Shown here: positions 26,377-42,126 of the stretch, in pieces
Numbering within the stretch: the first letter of the stretch is position 1
Layout: each line of letters starts with the position of its first letter
Source: Chrysomallon squamiferum
Lineage: Eukaryota; Animalia; Mollusca
Length of the DNA: 64,000 nucleotides
Reading direction: 5' to 3'
Assembly: GCA_012295275.1 (NCBI GenBank)
Contig: CM022668.1
Span: 11,098,001 to 11,162,000 of the forward strand
Notes under the pieces: generated by a model
The model's database searches: none
Told to the model about the DNA's origin: nothing
What the model saw: the letters and a program-made list of their open reading frames with translations, nothing else
Position numbers and translations under genes: made by a program

Positions 26377-28053
26377 TAAAAGTAACAGTGTACTTTAAGG
26401 TGTCAACATTTCTATTTGTCACAAAGTTTGCTGTAATGTGTTTAGTTCACACAGAATATAAACTCCTTATTTTCTACATCTCTATATTGAATATCTGATT
26501 CCTATACTACTACTACTACTACTTCTTATAATAAAAATAACAGTAACAACAATAATAGTAATAATAAAGAAAGAAAGACAGAACTAAATAAACAAACAAA
26601 CAAACAAATAATATTCGAATATTTACAAATATCTACATATTTATTTCGCACCATTGTTTTTCAGTGAGTAATGGCCGTTGTGCATTAACGTAGGGTTTAA
26701 TTTATACGCGTATCTTTGTATTTAATTCGACTCCAGCTGTGATTATCTTTCTTAGCATTCATTTTACTTGATAGGAAAGAGAAACCGCTCACAATACAAG
26801 ACGAGTAGTAACCAGATTTAATTACAAGATACAACACGTGTGATAACGAAACTACGTACACACATACATACAGATATACATAGATACATAGATACGTATT
26901 CACATATATACATACATATGTGTCTATTTATATTGAAACATGAAACCGTACGCACATAAATACATTGACAAATAAATAGATACAGATGGACTCATATACA
27001 TACATTCAATAACACGGATAGAAAAAACACATACACACATGCTTTCATACATATTCTTATAAAATGACATAGATAAATAAACATATACATGCATACACAC
27101 TTATATACATACACACATACATGCACAGACACACACACATTGATACAAACGTACTTACAAACTTTAATATGTACATGTACCTATCCACATTTACATATTC
27201 ACATATACACATTAACATATACACATTCACGTACACATTCACATACACAGATCCACATATACACACATGTATATACACCTGTATACATCAACCCACATAC
27301 ATGCACGCGCACTCAGATTTCGGTTACGGAACATGTGAATATTTAGTTACACTTTGTCTGTGTAACACGATATAGGAGAACAGTACTTGTCTTACAATTT
27401 CGTCCTCCGACTTGTCTCCTTCAGATAATCTAGATGTTTTTAATATGCATACATAAACTGATAGATGCTAATACATTTACAACATAATTTTATTAAAGTA
27501 TACAAGAGAATAGTTTCAAATTTATTTTGAAATATTTTTTACTCTACTGTGCACCAGTCTTCTGAAATAAATTCTGATCAGAAAACAAATATTGATTAAA
27601 ACAATTAACATTTAGCAGCTCTCTCTTCTTTATTTCAATATACATATAATTTGATTATCTCTGCAGAAAGCAATCTGCATACTGCGATATACATTAACAC
27701 ACATTGTACACATAGTAAGATATCCGCTCAAGTTATTAATTTCGTGTTTAAATGACTGATGTATTAAATCAATTCACACTTGAGGAAAATAAAATCAGTG
27801 TATATAAACGTTTGCTCTGTTTTACTATATAATTAGTTTGATAGTTGTAACAGGTGTTTTGTGAAACGCTGATGTCAGACATTGCAGTGCGTTGGACACA
27901 GTTAATTATAAATGTTTTCCAGATCTGATGAAATCAAAACCGACTGCGACCAGTGTATTTCATACACAAAGTAGACTGAAATAGTTAATACTCGTTAAAA
28001 TAACAACAACAATAGCAATAAAAATAACAATAGTAATAACCACGACTAAATAA

Positions 28054-28089
<36 letters not shown>

Positions 28090-31031
28090 GATAATAGTAA
28101 TAGTAATAATAATAGTGATCACTATGACTAAATCAATAAAATAATAATATTAATAATAATAACAAGAATATAATCAGTAATAGTAATCAGAGTCTTATTT
28201 TTTTTTATTTAATTTTTCGTTTTATTTTTTCTTTTTTTTTTAATTTAGGTAATACTACTACAACTACTACTTTCTGTTTTATATTAATAATTTTTGTCTT
28301 AAAAGACCTATTTTTGAAACGACAGTTTTAATGTCAAATCTCATCTACTGACGTACCTGTTCTAAATATCAATTAACTTAAAAGAAAAGATAAAATTTCC
28401 TCTGAAAGATATTAAAATTATTTTCGTGTTTATTGATTTTTATTTTAAAAAGTCAGTGGATCGCTGTGTACTGCTCTTTTGTCACGCTGAGTTTATCAGA
28501 CGATGAAAAACACGTGTTTGTGTTATGTGATTGTAATACAAATAATAAGTTCTCTTCAGTCTGATTAAATTATTTATTAAAATGTTTTTGTTCTTTTTTT
28601 CAGCTGGACACTATTATAAAATAAGAATAATAATAATAATAATATTTATTTTATTCTTGTTTAGTTTAGTTTTTCCTTTGTTTATTTGTTTGTAGACGTC
28701 TATGTTTGTTTCGTTCGTATAGGTGAGTTTTGGCGTAATTATTGATGTTGTTGCTGTGTTGTTGTTGTTTTTTTTTTCTATTTTGATTACTTTTTAAAAG
28801 AAATGTTTACGTTCGTTCAGAAATGTACTATTCCCTTAGTTATCACTTAAAACACTAAGATTAACTAAATGTGCCGTACTGCAGTGTTTCTCAGAACAGA
28901 ATAAAAATTATTAAACTTATAAATCACATGAATGAACTATATGTTAAGTAAATGTTAACTATTATTACTGAATGCAATATAAATAACATTGATTAAAAAT
29001 GATAATATATAGTAATAATAACTTCTATTATTACAATTTCATTTTTATTTTTTTATTTTGAGAAAGACGTCATTACTATTATTATAAAATTGTGCTGTTA
29101 CTACTGCTAGTATTATAATTTTCTATTTCGTTTGATTAATTTCTTTTATTAAAATGAATATTTTCACTAGCAGAGATTTAATGTCAAATCTTCAGAGAAT
29201 GACACATATAATTTCACCTTTGTTCATTTCAATCCTGAAAATCAAGTTAAACACAGAGAACATCTGTTCTATCACACTGAGTTTCAACTCTGATAACACA
29301 GTAATTTTCTTTAGATACGAACATTGAACATTTATTCTTCTGAGATAAACGAAAGCCAGCTGTTAATAAAAAACTGACTTTAACAATATTTCTTTTATGT
29401 TTTTGTTTAAAAGTAACAGTGTACTTTAAGGTGTCAACATTTCTATTTGTCACAAAGTTTGCTGTAATGTGTTTAGTTCACACAGAATATAAACTCCTTA
29501 TTTTCTACATCTCTATATTGAATATCTGATTCCTATACTACTACTACTACTTCTTATAATAAAAATAACAGTAACAACAATAATAGTAATAATAAAAAGA
29601 AAGAAAGACAGAACTAAATAAACAAACAAACAAACAAACAAATAATATTCGAATATTTACAAATATCTACATATTTATTTGGCACCACTGTTTTTCTGTG
29701 AGTAATGGCCGTTGTGCATTAACGTAGGGTTTAATTTATACGCGTATCTTTATATTTAATTCCACTCCAGCTGTGATTATCTTTCTTAGCATTCATTTTA
29801 CTTGATAGGAAAGAGAAACCGCTCACAAGACAAGACGAGTAGTAACCAGATTTAATTACAAGATACAACACGTGTGATAACGAAACTACGTACACACATA
29901 TATGCAGATATACATAGATACATAGATACGTATTCACATATATATATATGCATATATGTATATTTATATTGAAATATGAATAGCTTGACAAAAAAATAGA
30001 TAGTGATGCACTCATATACATACATTCAGTTACACACTTAGAAAAAACAGACCGACACATACCTTCATACATATTCTCATAAAATGACATAGATAAAAAA
30101 ACATATCAAGCATACATACATACACAGACTAACACATATATACCCACATATTTACATACTTTAATATGTACATGCTCGTATACATATTCACACATGCATA
30201 TACACCTGTGTACATCAACCCACACACATGCACTCAGATTTCGCTTACAAAAGAGGTGAATATTTAATTATTCTTTGTCTGTGTTACACGATATAGGAGA
30301 ATAATACTTGTCTTGCAATTTCGTCCTCCGACTTGTCTCCTTCAGATAAGCTAGATGTTTTTAATATGCATACATATTCTGATAGATGTTAATATACTTT
30401 TATTAAAGTATACAAGAGAATAGTTTCAATTTATTTTGAAATATTTTCACACTAATGTAGACCAGTCTTCTGAAATGAATTTTGATCTGAAAACAAATAT
30501 TGATAAAAACAATTAACATTTAGCAGCTGCCTCTTGTTTACTTCTTCAATATACATAATTTGATTATCTCTGCAGAAAGCAATCTGCATACTGCGATATA
30601 TATTAACACACACTGTGCACATAGTAAGATATCCGCTCAAGTTATTAATTAATTTCGTGTTTAAATGACTGATGTTTTAAATCAGTTCACACTTGAGGAA
30701 AATAAAATCAGTGTAATAAACATTTGCTCTGTTTTTGTATGCAATTAATTTGATAGTTGTAACAGGTGTTTTGTGAAACGCTGATGTCAGACATTGCAGT
30801 GCGTTGGACACAGTTAATTATAAATGTCTTTCAGATCTGATGAAATCAAAACCGACAGCTACCAGTGTATTTCATACACAAAGTATACTGAGATAGTTAA
30901 TACTGGTAATAATAACAACAACAATAGCAATAAAAATAATAATAGTAATAATTTTCTAAATAAAATAATAATTATAATAATAGTAATAATAATAGTAATA
31001 ACTATGACTAAATAAATAAATTAATTAATTA

Positions 31032-31071
<40 letters not shown>

Positions 31072-31100
31072 TCAGTAATCGTAATGAAAGTTTAAATAAT
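26377..31100 (+). repeat. Local direct duplication (~26377-28150 vs ~29408-31080) within a mosaic of older repeats
   Basis: Both start TTAAAAGTAACAGTGTACTTTAAGGTGTCAAC. Also 25120-26280 resembles 8425-9490, and 28250-29400 resembles 6990-8070 and 32620-33700. Confidence 0.75.
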
Positions 31101-34100
31101 GTTTTCTTTCTTCTTATTTCTTTTCTTTTATTTTATTTTTCGTTTCATTTTTATTTTTATTTTTTTTCTTAATTTTGGTACTTTTCTTAAACCAGACACT
31201 TTTGTAGAAATGTTTCAGAGCATCCTAATACAAAGGAAGGTGTTTTAAAATGTTTCATAGATCGCATATCTGAAGCAAACTGGAACATAACACGAACACA
31301 TACTCAGAATATTTAAATATTTACGATATGCAATTGTGTACTTCCTTTTGAAAGTTTTTCTTCCCTGGTAACGGTACGTGCAATACTAATAGAATTAATC
31401 TTATAATACAATAATATGTTTATTATTTTCGACAAATCTAGATGAAACTGATTAGAAAAAATGATTAAAGCTATTTTAAGAATGTAAATAAAAATAAAAT
31501 TACTCTGACATTCTTATAAATCAGACTAAAAAAAAAAACAGCTTTCACAAATTGAGAAAAAATCACATCTTAGGCACATACAAATAAGTGCCTGGTAAAA
31601 TGTATCAAGTTAGCAAAACTGGACAATGTAAAGATCTGCACAATAGTCTAAACACGTCAACTCTGGAGAGTAATTTCTCATATGCCGTATCAGATGCTCT
31701 CCTTCTCCTCCAGGCTCAAGAAAACAAAAAGCAAGACAGACTTCCAGAACATCAACATCCTATTGGAATCCCCTGCGGAACAACAGAACCAACAGCAGCT
31801 AAAGGAGACTACCTGGATAACTACAAGAACTCTCCATTAGAAGCAGTATGGCACAAGAACTGATCTACAGATTACAGTACCTTTCTCCACTGGCCTTCAT
31901 GTGTAGCAACAAGGGAAAAAAAAAAAATCAAAAAAATCAAATGGAAGTATATATGTATCTGATTATCACTATAGTAAAAAAAAAAAAAAAAAAAAAATGC
32001 AAACAAAGAAGAGACTGAAGTACTGTCAAAACAAACCAAAAAAAATAATAACATCTATGAAACGAAAACGAAGATCGAATATTAAATGTATTTTTATTTT
32101 TAAGATATTGGCCCGATTAACGATTTTCAGTTGCTTCAGCAGAAATGTAAAACATTTCTGAGATGGCCACACCTGAAACAACAAAACGATGAAAAATGTG
32201 ACATCAGTAAAATAGAGACAAAAAAAAGTATTTCAAATAAGAGAATTTTATATTTTCAGTTTTAATGAAAAAAAATTAACACGTGATTAAAAAAAAGAAT
32301 TGATAAAAATGTAATTATCTTACCAATATTTTCTTATATGATATATGTTGTTTAAATAATATATTAATTTTATATTTTATGTAAAGTAATAAATACCTGA
32401 TCAAAAGTATTTTAATAGTAATAAAAGTTTAAATAATGTTTTCTTTTTCTTATTTTTTTTCACTTTTCTTTTACCCTTTTTTATTATCATTTTTGTTTTA
32501 TTTTATTTTTCGTTTAATTTTTTTATTATCATTAATACTTTTGAGTAGGAGAGAAGTGATTACTACTTCTACTACTACTGCAACTACTACTTTCTATTTT
32601 ATATGATTAATTTACGTATTAAAATAGCTACTTTTGAAACGACAGATTTAATGTCAAATCTCAGCTACTGACGTACCTGTTCTAAATATCAAATCACATA
32701 AAAGAAAAGAGAAAATTTTCCTATGAAAGATTTTAAAATTATTTTCGTATTCATTGATTTTTATTTAAAAAAATCAGTGAATCTCTTTGTATAGCTGTTT
32801 TGTCACGCTGAGTTTATCAGACAATAAAAAAAGATACGTGTTTGTGTTATGTGATTGTAATACAAATAATACTTTCTCTTTCCTCTGATTAATTTATCTA
32901 TTAACCTTTTTTTTTCAGTAGGACACTTTTATAAATTAAAAATACTACTACTAATAATAATTTATTTTATTTTTTAGTTTTCCTTTAGTTTGTTTTTCCT
33001 CTGTAGATGTATATGTTTGTTTCGTTCGTATAGGTGAGTTTTGGCGTAATTATTGATGTTGTTGCTGTGTTTTTGTTTTTCTATTTTGATTACTTTTTTT
33101 AAAAGAAATGTTTACGTTCGTTCACATGTGTACTATTACCTTCATTATCACTTAAAACAGTAAGATTAACTAAATGTGTTGTACTGCAGTGTTTCTCAGA
33201 ACAGAATGAAAATTATTAAACTTATAAATCACATGAATGAACTACGTGTTAAGTAAATGGTAACTATTATTATTGAATGCAATGTAAATAACACTGCTTA
33301 AAAATGATAATAAATAGTAATAATAACTTATATTTTTCCTGTTTCATGATTTTATTTTTTTTTGAGAAAGACGTCATTACGATTATTATAAAATTGTGCT
33401 GTTACAACTACTACTACTATAATTCTCCATTTCTTGTGATTAATTTGTTTATTAAAATGAATATTTTCACTAGTAGAGATTTAATGTCAAATCTTCAGAG
33501 AATGACAGAGATAATTTCACCCTTGTTCATTTCAGTTTTGAAAAATAAATTAAATACTGAGAATATCTGTTCTGTCACACTGAGTTTCAACTGTGATAAC
33601 ACAGTAATTTTCTTTAGACACGAACATTGAACATATATTCTACTGAGATAAGCGAAAGCCAGCTGTTAATAAAAACTGAGTTTAACAATATTTGTTTTAT
33701 CTTTTGTTTTCCTTCAGTGATGGTAATTGCTTTTGCTGACATCTGTGAGGCTGAGATTGGAAAATAAATCAAACACTGCGCACAGCTGTTTTAATCCCTT
33801 GAGTTTAAACTCTGATAAGAGATGACTTATATTTTATGTTCGGAGAACCTAATCTGAAAATTGGGTTTGCTGTTGGAGGACAAATATTAAAACCCATTTT
33901 CATCCCTGACATGAATGAAATCAAAGAATAACTTTTATTAAGCCATATACTTTTTTAAAATCATTTTCAGGAATACTTATAACAATAAAATAGATATCTA
34001 AATAGATAGACAGATAGATAGTTTCAGTTACTTATAAAAAGTAGCTTATTAATATCCAATAATAATTTTGTTTCACTGTTATATTTAAACAGCAGTAAAA

Positions 34101-36098
34101 CATTCTTTATTTAATTAATTGTTTAATTGTTATATTTAAAGAGAAGCAAAGCACTGCTGGTTATGGAACTGTTTTAGATTAATCAGTAAGATTTTGTTTT
34201 ATTTAAATATAGTGTGCTTTGTCTTCTTTCATTGTTTTATTCAGAATTTAGTAACAATTACTTTATTCGTTTTATTATTCCTTAGTAATATATATTTGAT
34301 GTTACGTATACACTTATACATATTTAGATGAATACATACATACATATATACCTTCATATATACATACATACCTACATACATACATACATATATACATATA
34401 TGCATACAAACATATGTATGCTTTATGTTATTCCGTTGTTTTATTCAGAATTTAGTAACAATTAATTTATTTATTTTATTGTGTTATTTAAACAGCCGTA
34501 GATATATTGTGTTTTGTCTTATTGTTTTATTAAAACGTGAGTACGACTTGGTTTTGTTTATTTGAAAAGAATAGAACTACGTTCATGTCTATTTTTGATT
34601 AGTTTTAGGACAAAAGCTTCTTTTACTTGTTTTATCGTTTATATTTAAACTTTCAGAACACTCTTTATATTTAAAAGGAAGTGGGATTATTTGTATTTGC
34701 TTTTAAACATTAATAAGACTTGGTTTATCTATGTTACTGTTATTATTTAGTTAGTGTTGGTTTATCTGATATATCTTATTTTTTATTTTTATTTTATTTT
34801 TTTTTTTGACAAGTGAGGGAACTTTTAAACGTTAATAATTTGAATTACATTTTACATACATGATGTTTATGAACGACAGTGTGTGAATGGTGGAACTATT
34901 AATGCATTATTTTGTACACGTATTTGGCAACCACGTTGGGAAGAACTATGAAGAGAGGAAATATCAGTAATTTTAATTCTTAATAAATTTAAGTTTAACG
35001 GTTTTTATGCTATTAAAAACACAGACAAATACATATATACACACAATATACTCATCAAAATGAAGTGCAAGACACAAGAAGGTATAAGTTCATGTACGTA
35101 TTTAACTATCACACTTAGAACGAAACATTCTGTTCATACAATGTTGTTTGTTTGTATGTGTGTTTAACAACACGACACAATGATTAAAACTGGATGTTGT
35201 CTATGATTTAAACGGATATTACACATACGAATGCAGAACTTTGGTCATGTTAAATATTTTTTTCATTCATGGAACTAAAAAAAAACTTTTTTCTTTCATA
35301 CAACCTTTTGGTTATAGCAGGGACAGCCAGCAAGCACTCCACCCGTTTCCAAGCCCAGCCTCACCGCTTTCAGTATATCTCTAGTTTCTGAAAGCAATCA
35401 CCATCACTGACGAATACAACAACACAGCAACAACAACAGTAATGATTCACACCATGGAAAGTGTACTGTTCTTCTTTGTTGTGATTGTTGTAGTTGTTGT
35501 AGTTGTTGTTGTTGTTGTTGTTGTTGTTGCTATTATTATTATTATTATTATTATTATTGTTATTATTGTTATTATTTATTTATTAATTACTTAATTGATT
35601 AATTATTATACGACCACATTGAAAATAATGTTTTTAATAAATAAATTAAATGGACAAAATAGAAAGTATTAGTGTTTGCTCGTTCTGTGTATTACTGATA
35701 TTAGAATCACAGGGCACAAATGTGTGTCTTTTCATCGTCAGTTAAACTCAGCATGACAGAACAGCTGTACACATTGGTTCACTGACTTTTTAAATGAAAA
35801 TCAATCAATATGAAATTAATCTCAAAGTCTGTCACAGTAAAATTGTATCCCATTTTATTCTAAATTAATTGATACGTAGAACAGAGCCATCAGTAGCTGA
35901 GATTTGCATTAAATCTCTTTTTAAAAATAGCTCTTTTAATAAATAAATTAATCATTTAAAATAGAGAGTAGCAGTAGTAGTAAGTTTTCGCTCTCAAAAA
36001 AAAATTAAAAGAAAATAATAACATTAATAATAAAACAATAGAAAAGGGAAAAAAAAGAAGAAAAAAAAAAAAAAGAAAAAGATAAATTCATTAAATTT

Positions 36099-36130
36099 CA
36101 TTATTATTATTATTAATATTATTATTATTA

Positions 36131-36203
<73 letters not shown>

Positions 36204-36257
36204 GTTATTATTATTATTGTTATCATTATTGCTATTTTATTATTATTATTATTATTA

Positions 36258-36300
<43 letters not shown>
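36099..36300. repeat. (ATT)n microsatellite (paralogue 13557-13741)
   Basis: Direct reading. Confidence 0.95.
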
Positions 36301-36301
<1 letters not shown>

Positions 36302-36486
36302 GTTATTACACCTTTTGTATACATCCATCCCTTTATTCATAAATATATGTAAGAACAAGAACATTTGAATGCATTCTTACATACGTTTATACACACTTAC
36401 AAATATATGTATACACATATACAAACAGAAACGTCCATACAATACACATATATACATACATGCATACATATCTATATATATATCTA

Positions 36487-36552
<66 letters not shown>

Positions 36553-36758
36553 CATACATACACACCTGGATAAAAACGCAGATCCATATTAATAACTAGA
36601 TAAGTGTCTCTGTGTATTTAAATTGGACACTTGAACAACCAGTCATATTTCAGTTTTCATAAGCTCCTTGAAAATAGGCAGAAACAAATTGTTTGATTGA
36701 CATTTAAAATCTCCTTAAATAACGCAATCTGATGTTAACGATTTTATTTACAATAACC

Positions 36759-39470
36759 ATGAATCAGAAGGACATTGTATTAAACATTTTCTTGGTGGGA
36801 TGTTTCCTTCTGGTGTCGTCTGCGATGGAAAGAGTCTCCAGCAGTAAGATTTCATTTTCCTTTTATTTCTATTTAAACAGCAGAAAGATTAGTTGCTGTT
36901 GTTTGGGGGGAGGGTGTTTTTTTTTTTTTTTTTTTTTTTTTTCATTCTTTTAGAAATGGTAAATGATTTTGTTTATTAGTTTTATTTAAACACAGTAAGA
37001 TCTTATTTTTCTTGCTGTTTGTCTTTAAGCAGAATAAACTATTTATTTGTTTTAGTATTTTGTTTAGAAAAATGTAAAGCATTGTTGATTTGTTCTCATA
37101 TTTTCTTTACACAGTAAAACATTGTTTATTTCCTTGTTTTTATACTCTGTGTCTTTCCAGCTATACCTGGTTGTGAGTACATTGTTATCCCAGGCATATA
37201 TGGAGATGACTTCTATCTAGAACTTGAAGATTCCTATACACCTGAAGAGTGTAGAATGTTGTGTGACACACAAAACGGATATAATAATAAACCCTGTACT
37301 GCAGTAGAACATGTTCACGACTATTGTTATTTGTATTCTTCCGTTTTCCTTTTCAGCTATTACTCTGGTTCAACAATGTACATAAAATCGTGCGAAGACG
37401 GTAAGAAAATGTGTTGTTAAATATTCATTCAAGATTAGATGGTAATTTATGTCTTCTATTGATTTTTTTTTTTCTGAACAAAAGTTGCAAAAGTGTTACA
37501 AAATTATAAAATATACTAACAATCTGTATTTGTTTGTTGTTCTAACCAGTTATGCTTGACATGTTAATCAGATGAGAGAACCAGACGTAGAATAGTTTAT
37601 ATATGATTACAAACATTTTATCTCGAGCAATTGTAATCAGTTATCATTAATACGATTTGCATAACTGTTTTTATTTTTTTTGTTTTCTTTCTTCTTCATC
37701 TTTCTCCGATTATTATTTAGCACTCGTTGTGTTTATTTTAATAAATCTATCTTTATTTTAAATATTTTAGAAATAAAATAAAAAAGATTTCTCTGTGTAG
37801 GCAAGGAACATTATTTTTCCTAATGAAAATTTGTTTTGTTTTCTTTAAAGAGTTTTTATTATCTGTCACAGGTACATGTGGATTACCATGTGCAAACGGC
37901 GCCACTGTAAACTTTGATGACTGTACTTGTTCTTGTTTGAATAACTGGGAAGGCATTCTCTGTGGTAAGTTTATTCTTATTTGGTAAAATATTTGAATGA
38001 ATGATAACTGTTCAGTGTAAAACTTAAAATAAACAAATAAATTCAGCATGCAGCGCAAATTGAAAATTAGGAAAAATTGATAAACTATTTGTAAACATTC
38101 AGAAGGTGACTAATGGTAAAGAAGAATCTGGTAAGACTCCATTAAAAACTTTTTGGGATGTCCTGAACATCATAACTACATAGGATCACAAAAAGTAAGG
38201 AATGATAATATACCTTGCTATAACATTTCAATGCTTATTAGCCAAGATGAAAACGTATTCCTTTCTAATGATATATCAGGTGCGTGTGGATTTCCGTCTG
38301 AAAAGGGTGTAATTTTAGTATGCAGGACTGTATTTGTTCTTGTATGGAAGGCGGGAAGGCATTTCCTTTCGTACGTTTATTTATTTCTTTATTTCTTTTT
38401 TAATTATTTATTTATTTATTTATTTATTTATATATTTATTTATTTATTTATTATTTAAATTCAGATGTATGCAGCAAGGGCTGTTTAAATGGCGGAGTGT
38501 TAAACTCAGATAGCTGTACCTGTTCTTGTTTGAACAACTGGGAAGGAGATTTCTGTAGTAAGTATATTAATTTATGTCATAATACGGCTTTATTCTCACG
38601 TCAGTTCCTATAACTTATGCCTTTTCAGTTGTATTTATTTATTTATTTATTATTTAAATTCAGATGTATGCAACGAGGACTGTTTAAATGGCGCAGTTTT
38701 AAACTCAGATAGCTGTACCTGTTCTTGTTTGAACAGCTGGGAAGGAGATTTCTGTAGTAAGTATATTAATTCATGTCATAATACGGCTTTATTTTCACAT
38801 CAACTACTGTGATTTATGCCTTTTAAGTTTTATTTATTTATTTATTTGTATTGTGTCTCTCTTATTTAGAATATTTATCTGAAACTAAAGTTTATTTCAT
38901 GTTCGTTGTCACCGTGACAGGTTACCAGTCAGTTATGTTATTATTTCTCTCTGGTTTTAGCCATGTATCATGTTTTGGATTGGCCCCATAAGCCGTAACT
39001 TCACGACAGAAGGATGATTGCAACACTCATGTATTTTTCAGAACCAGACTTTTGTTGTTTAACTTCAGTGACTCTCTTTCAGTTATTAATCATATTAATA
39101 AGCATTTTTTAGTTTTCGTAGATATCTGATGCTGTATGAATAATAAATAAACATTGATTGAATTCTATTCTTACAGATGAATGCAATCTAGTCTGCCAAC
39201 ATGGCGGTTTGTTGAATACGATATCTTGCACATGTACGTGCAAAGAAGACTACTACGGGGATAAATGTGAGCTAAGTAAGTACTTTTTTACAAACACACA
39301 CATAAAAACACAGACACACACACACACAAACAGACACACATACACAAACATACATTCTGAAATAGACATGCTTGTTACTCCTGTACATATTCTTTCATAC
39401 AAATAAATTTGATAAGAAGAAGAAGAAAAAGAAGAAGAAGAAGAAGAAGAAGAAGAAGAAGAAGAAGAAG

Positions 39471-39503
<33 letters not shown>

Positions 39504-40181
39504 ACGAAGAAGAAGAAGAAAAGGAAAGAAATAATCCAGAAAACAAGGAAATAAATAAAGAAATAACAGTTTCTTCTCCATTTTGCTAGATTTGTTAACA
39601 TTTTAGCTTATTACTTTGGATTTGATCAGACATGACATTGCTTTCATTTGTGATTTCACACGAACATTTTCCAGATTGCCATGATGACGAAATGACCATA
39701 ATGCATCAGATAATAGAAAAAGAATGTAGAGGTTCTGGAATGTTGTGGTTCTGGTGTGTAAAACCTGTCAGTTATGTCAGACTGGTAAGTTGATATATCT
39801 ATGTACATACCATTTATAATTAAACAATAGTGAAATACATGCATATATATATATATAAAACAATAAGCAGAATGGACGTATTTCTGTCTGTACTACCTGT
39901 AAATGAATGTGTTTAAATGTGATAAATATTCTTTCATCAGTTTTTTTTTGCAATCTCTTCAGTTCCTATTTGCATCCAAAGTTGACCTTAGGCTTTTTAT
40001 CAGAAATTATTTATTTGATATGTTTTGTTTTCTATTTACTGTGATAGGCGTGGTGTGCAAGGACAGACAAGAAGAAAAGTGTCGTCATTTTGAAGAACAT
40101 GCGTTTGACGAAGCCACTCACATGTTCTGTTATGAACGTGAGTCCCATGAGTGTCGACACCTCTGTTTGTATTCAGAATAA
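36759..40181 (+). CDS. Copy B: secreted PAN - 4x EGF-like - 2x ShK-like protein; 1-nt deletion in ShK1 exon (real frameshift or assembly error)
   Basis: Exons 36759-36843, 37161-37400, 37872-37964, 38465-38557, 38664-38756, 39177-39275, 39675-39784 (110 nt; GTAAAACC vs GTAAAAACC in A), 40048-40181. Would be 315 aa if the A is restored. Confidence 0.8.
37161..37400 (+). CDS. Copy B PAN/apple-like exon
   Basis: TIPGCEYIVIPGIYGDDFYLELEDSYTPEECRMLCDTQNGYNNKPCTAVEHVHDYCYLYSSVFLFSYYSGSTMYIKSCED; cag|...|gtaag; open; missed by the ORF track. Confidence 0.82.
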
Positions 40182-42035
40182 ACAAAGTAAGGTATTATTC
40201 TTTTTCTTTACTCTGTTTTAATTATTTAATTATTCAGTAGATTAATAATATCGAAACCAATAATAATTTGAAATATTATAAAGCAATTCTTTGTTAAAAG
40301 TTTAATCGCATTTTGAGTAACTTTCTTAGGGGTGACAATAAAAGAAAATTTAAAAGTTTAAATTACTTACTAAACAGTAAATAAAGGAACATTTATTATT
40401 GCTGTTGTTGTTAATGTTATTGCTATATTAATGTTTTTATTTTTGTTATGATTATTTATTCTATATATATCCAAATCAAGGTATCATTAATCATTTATTT
40501 TTTTTTTAGATCTGAAAAATGGGTAATGCAGTTTATGAAAACCCTCTGTCACAAATATTTCAGATAAAAGATATACGCTCTTCAACTAGTTTCTTTGTTG
40601 TTTTTTATCAAAAGAAATTGCGGCTATCAGAACAAGAATACTGTTAATACAACAGTTAGTAGTACTAGTATTCCTACTAATACTACTAGTGATAATCATT
40701 ATTATAATAAAAAATATTTTAAAAAACTCAAAAATAAATCAAGAAATAAATAAGTATACAAATCAATGAAAGAAGAATTAAATAAATAAATACCTGAATA
40801 AACCAAAAACTGTATGTAAATAATTAAACAACGAATGAATGGATTAATGAATGAATAAGTTTAGTGTAACGCAGTAAGTAAATACATAAGTGCACTTTCA
40901 CTCATACATATTATTATCACCTTCTTTGGGATGTTACTACTACTACTACTATTACTACTACTACTACCACTACTATTACTACTTTTACTATTACTACTGC
41001 TACTTCTACTGCTGCTGCTAGTATTAGTACTAGTACTTTATTTTATTTTATCTATATTATCTTATAGGCATGTTATTCGACTGTGCAGTTTTTAGAAATA
41101 CGTGTATAATTGTCAGTAAATAAATATATAAACAAACACATAAACAAGTAAGTGCAACGAAAATATACAAATTGTATATAAGGGAACTAACTCTCATTAA
41201 AACAGGAAAATAAACAGGAAGAATTAAGACGTCAAATTTCAGTAAGACTTCCTGCCATATCTCATTTTTCTAAATATTATCTACTTTATTTAAGATCAAC
41301 GTTGCACTGTTCAATATTATTTATTTATTTATTTACTTACTTATTACTTGCTTACTTATTTTTGTATTTATTTATAGGGGTATGCGTAGTTACTTCTGAA
41401 CTGAATGAAACTCATACTGCCAACAAAATATATTTAAATCAGTATCAATGTAATAACAGAGGTTTAAGAGGCAGAATTTTAATATTAATGTAGGGGAATA
41501 ACTCTTGATTTACTCTCTCTCTCACACACTCACACATACACACACACATACACTCACACACTCTAAAATAGATGTGTCTGTTACACGTGTACAAACGCTT
41601 TCTCACCAAGATGTTTGATAATAACAAGAAGAAGAAGGAGAAGAAGAAGTAGAAGAAGAAGAAGAACAACAAGAAGTAAAACAGGAAAGAAATAAACCAG
41701 AAAACAAGGAACTAAATAAACAAATCAAAACGTCTCTTCTCCATTTTGCTAAATTTGTTAATATTTTAGCTTATTACTTTGGATTTGATCAGATATGACT
41801 TTGCTTTCGTTTGTGATTTCTCACAAACATTTTTCGGGTTGCAGTGATGACACATCAGATAATAGAGAAAGAGTGTCAGCATCTCTGTGTGTATTCAAAA
41901 TAAACAAAGTCCTTTCTCTAAGGTATTGTTTTTCTTTACTCTGTTTTTATTAGTTAATTATTCTGTAGATTAATTATATAGAAACCAATAACAATTTGAA
42001 ATATTATCAAGTCATTTTTTTATTAAATTTTGTTT

Positions 42036-42126
<91 letters not shown>

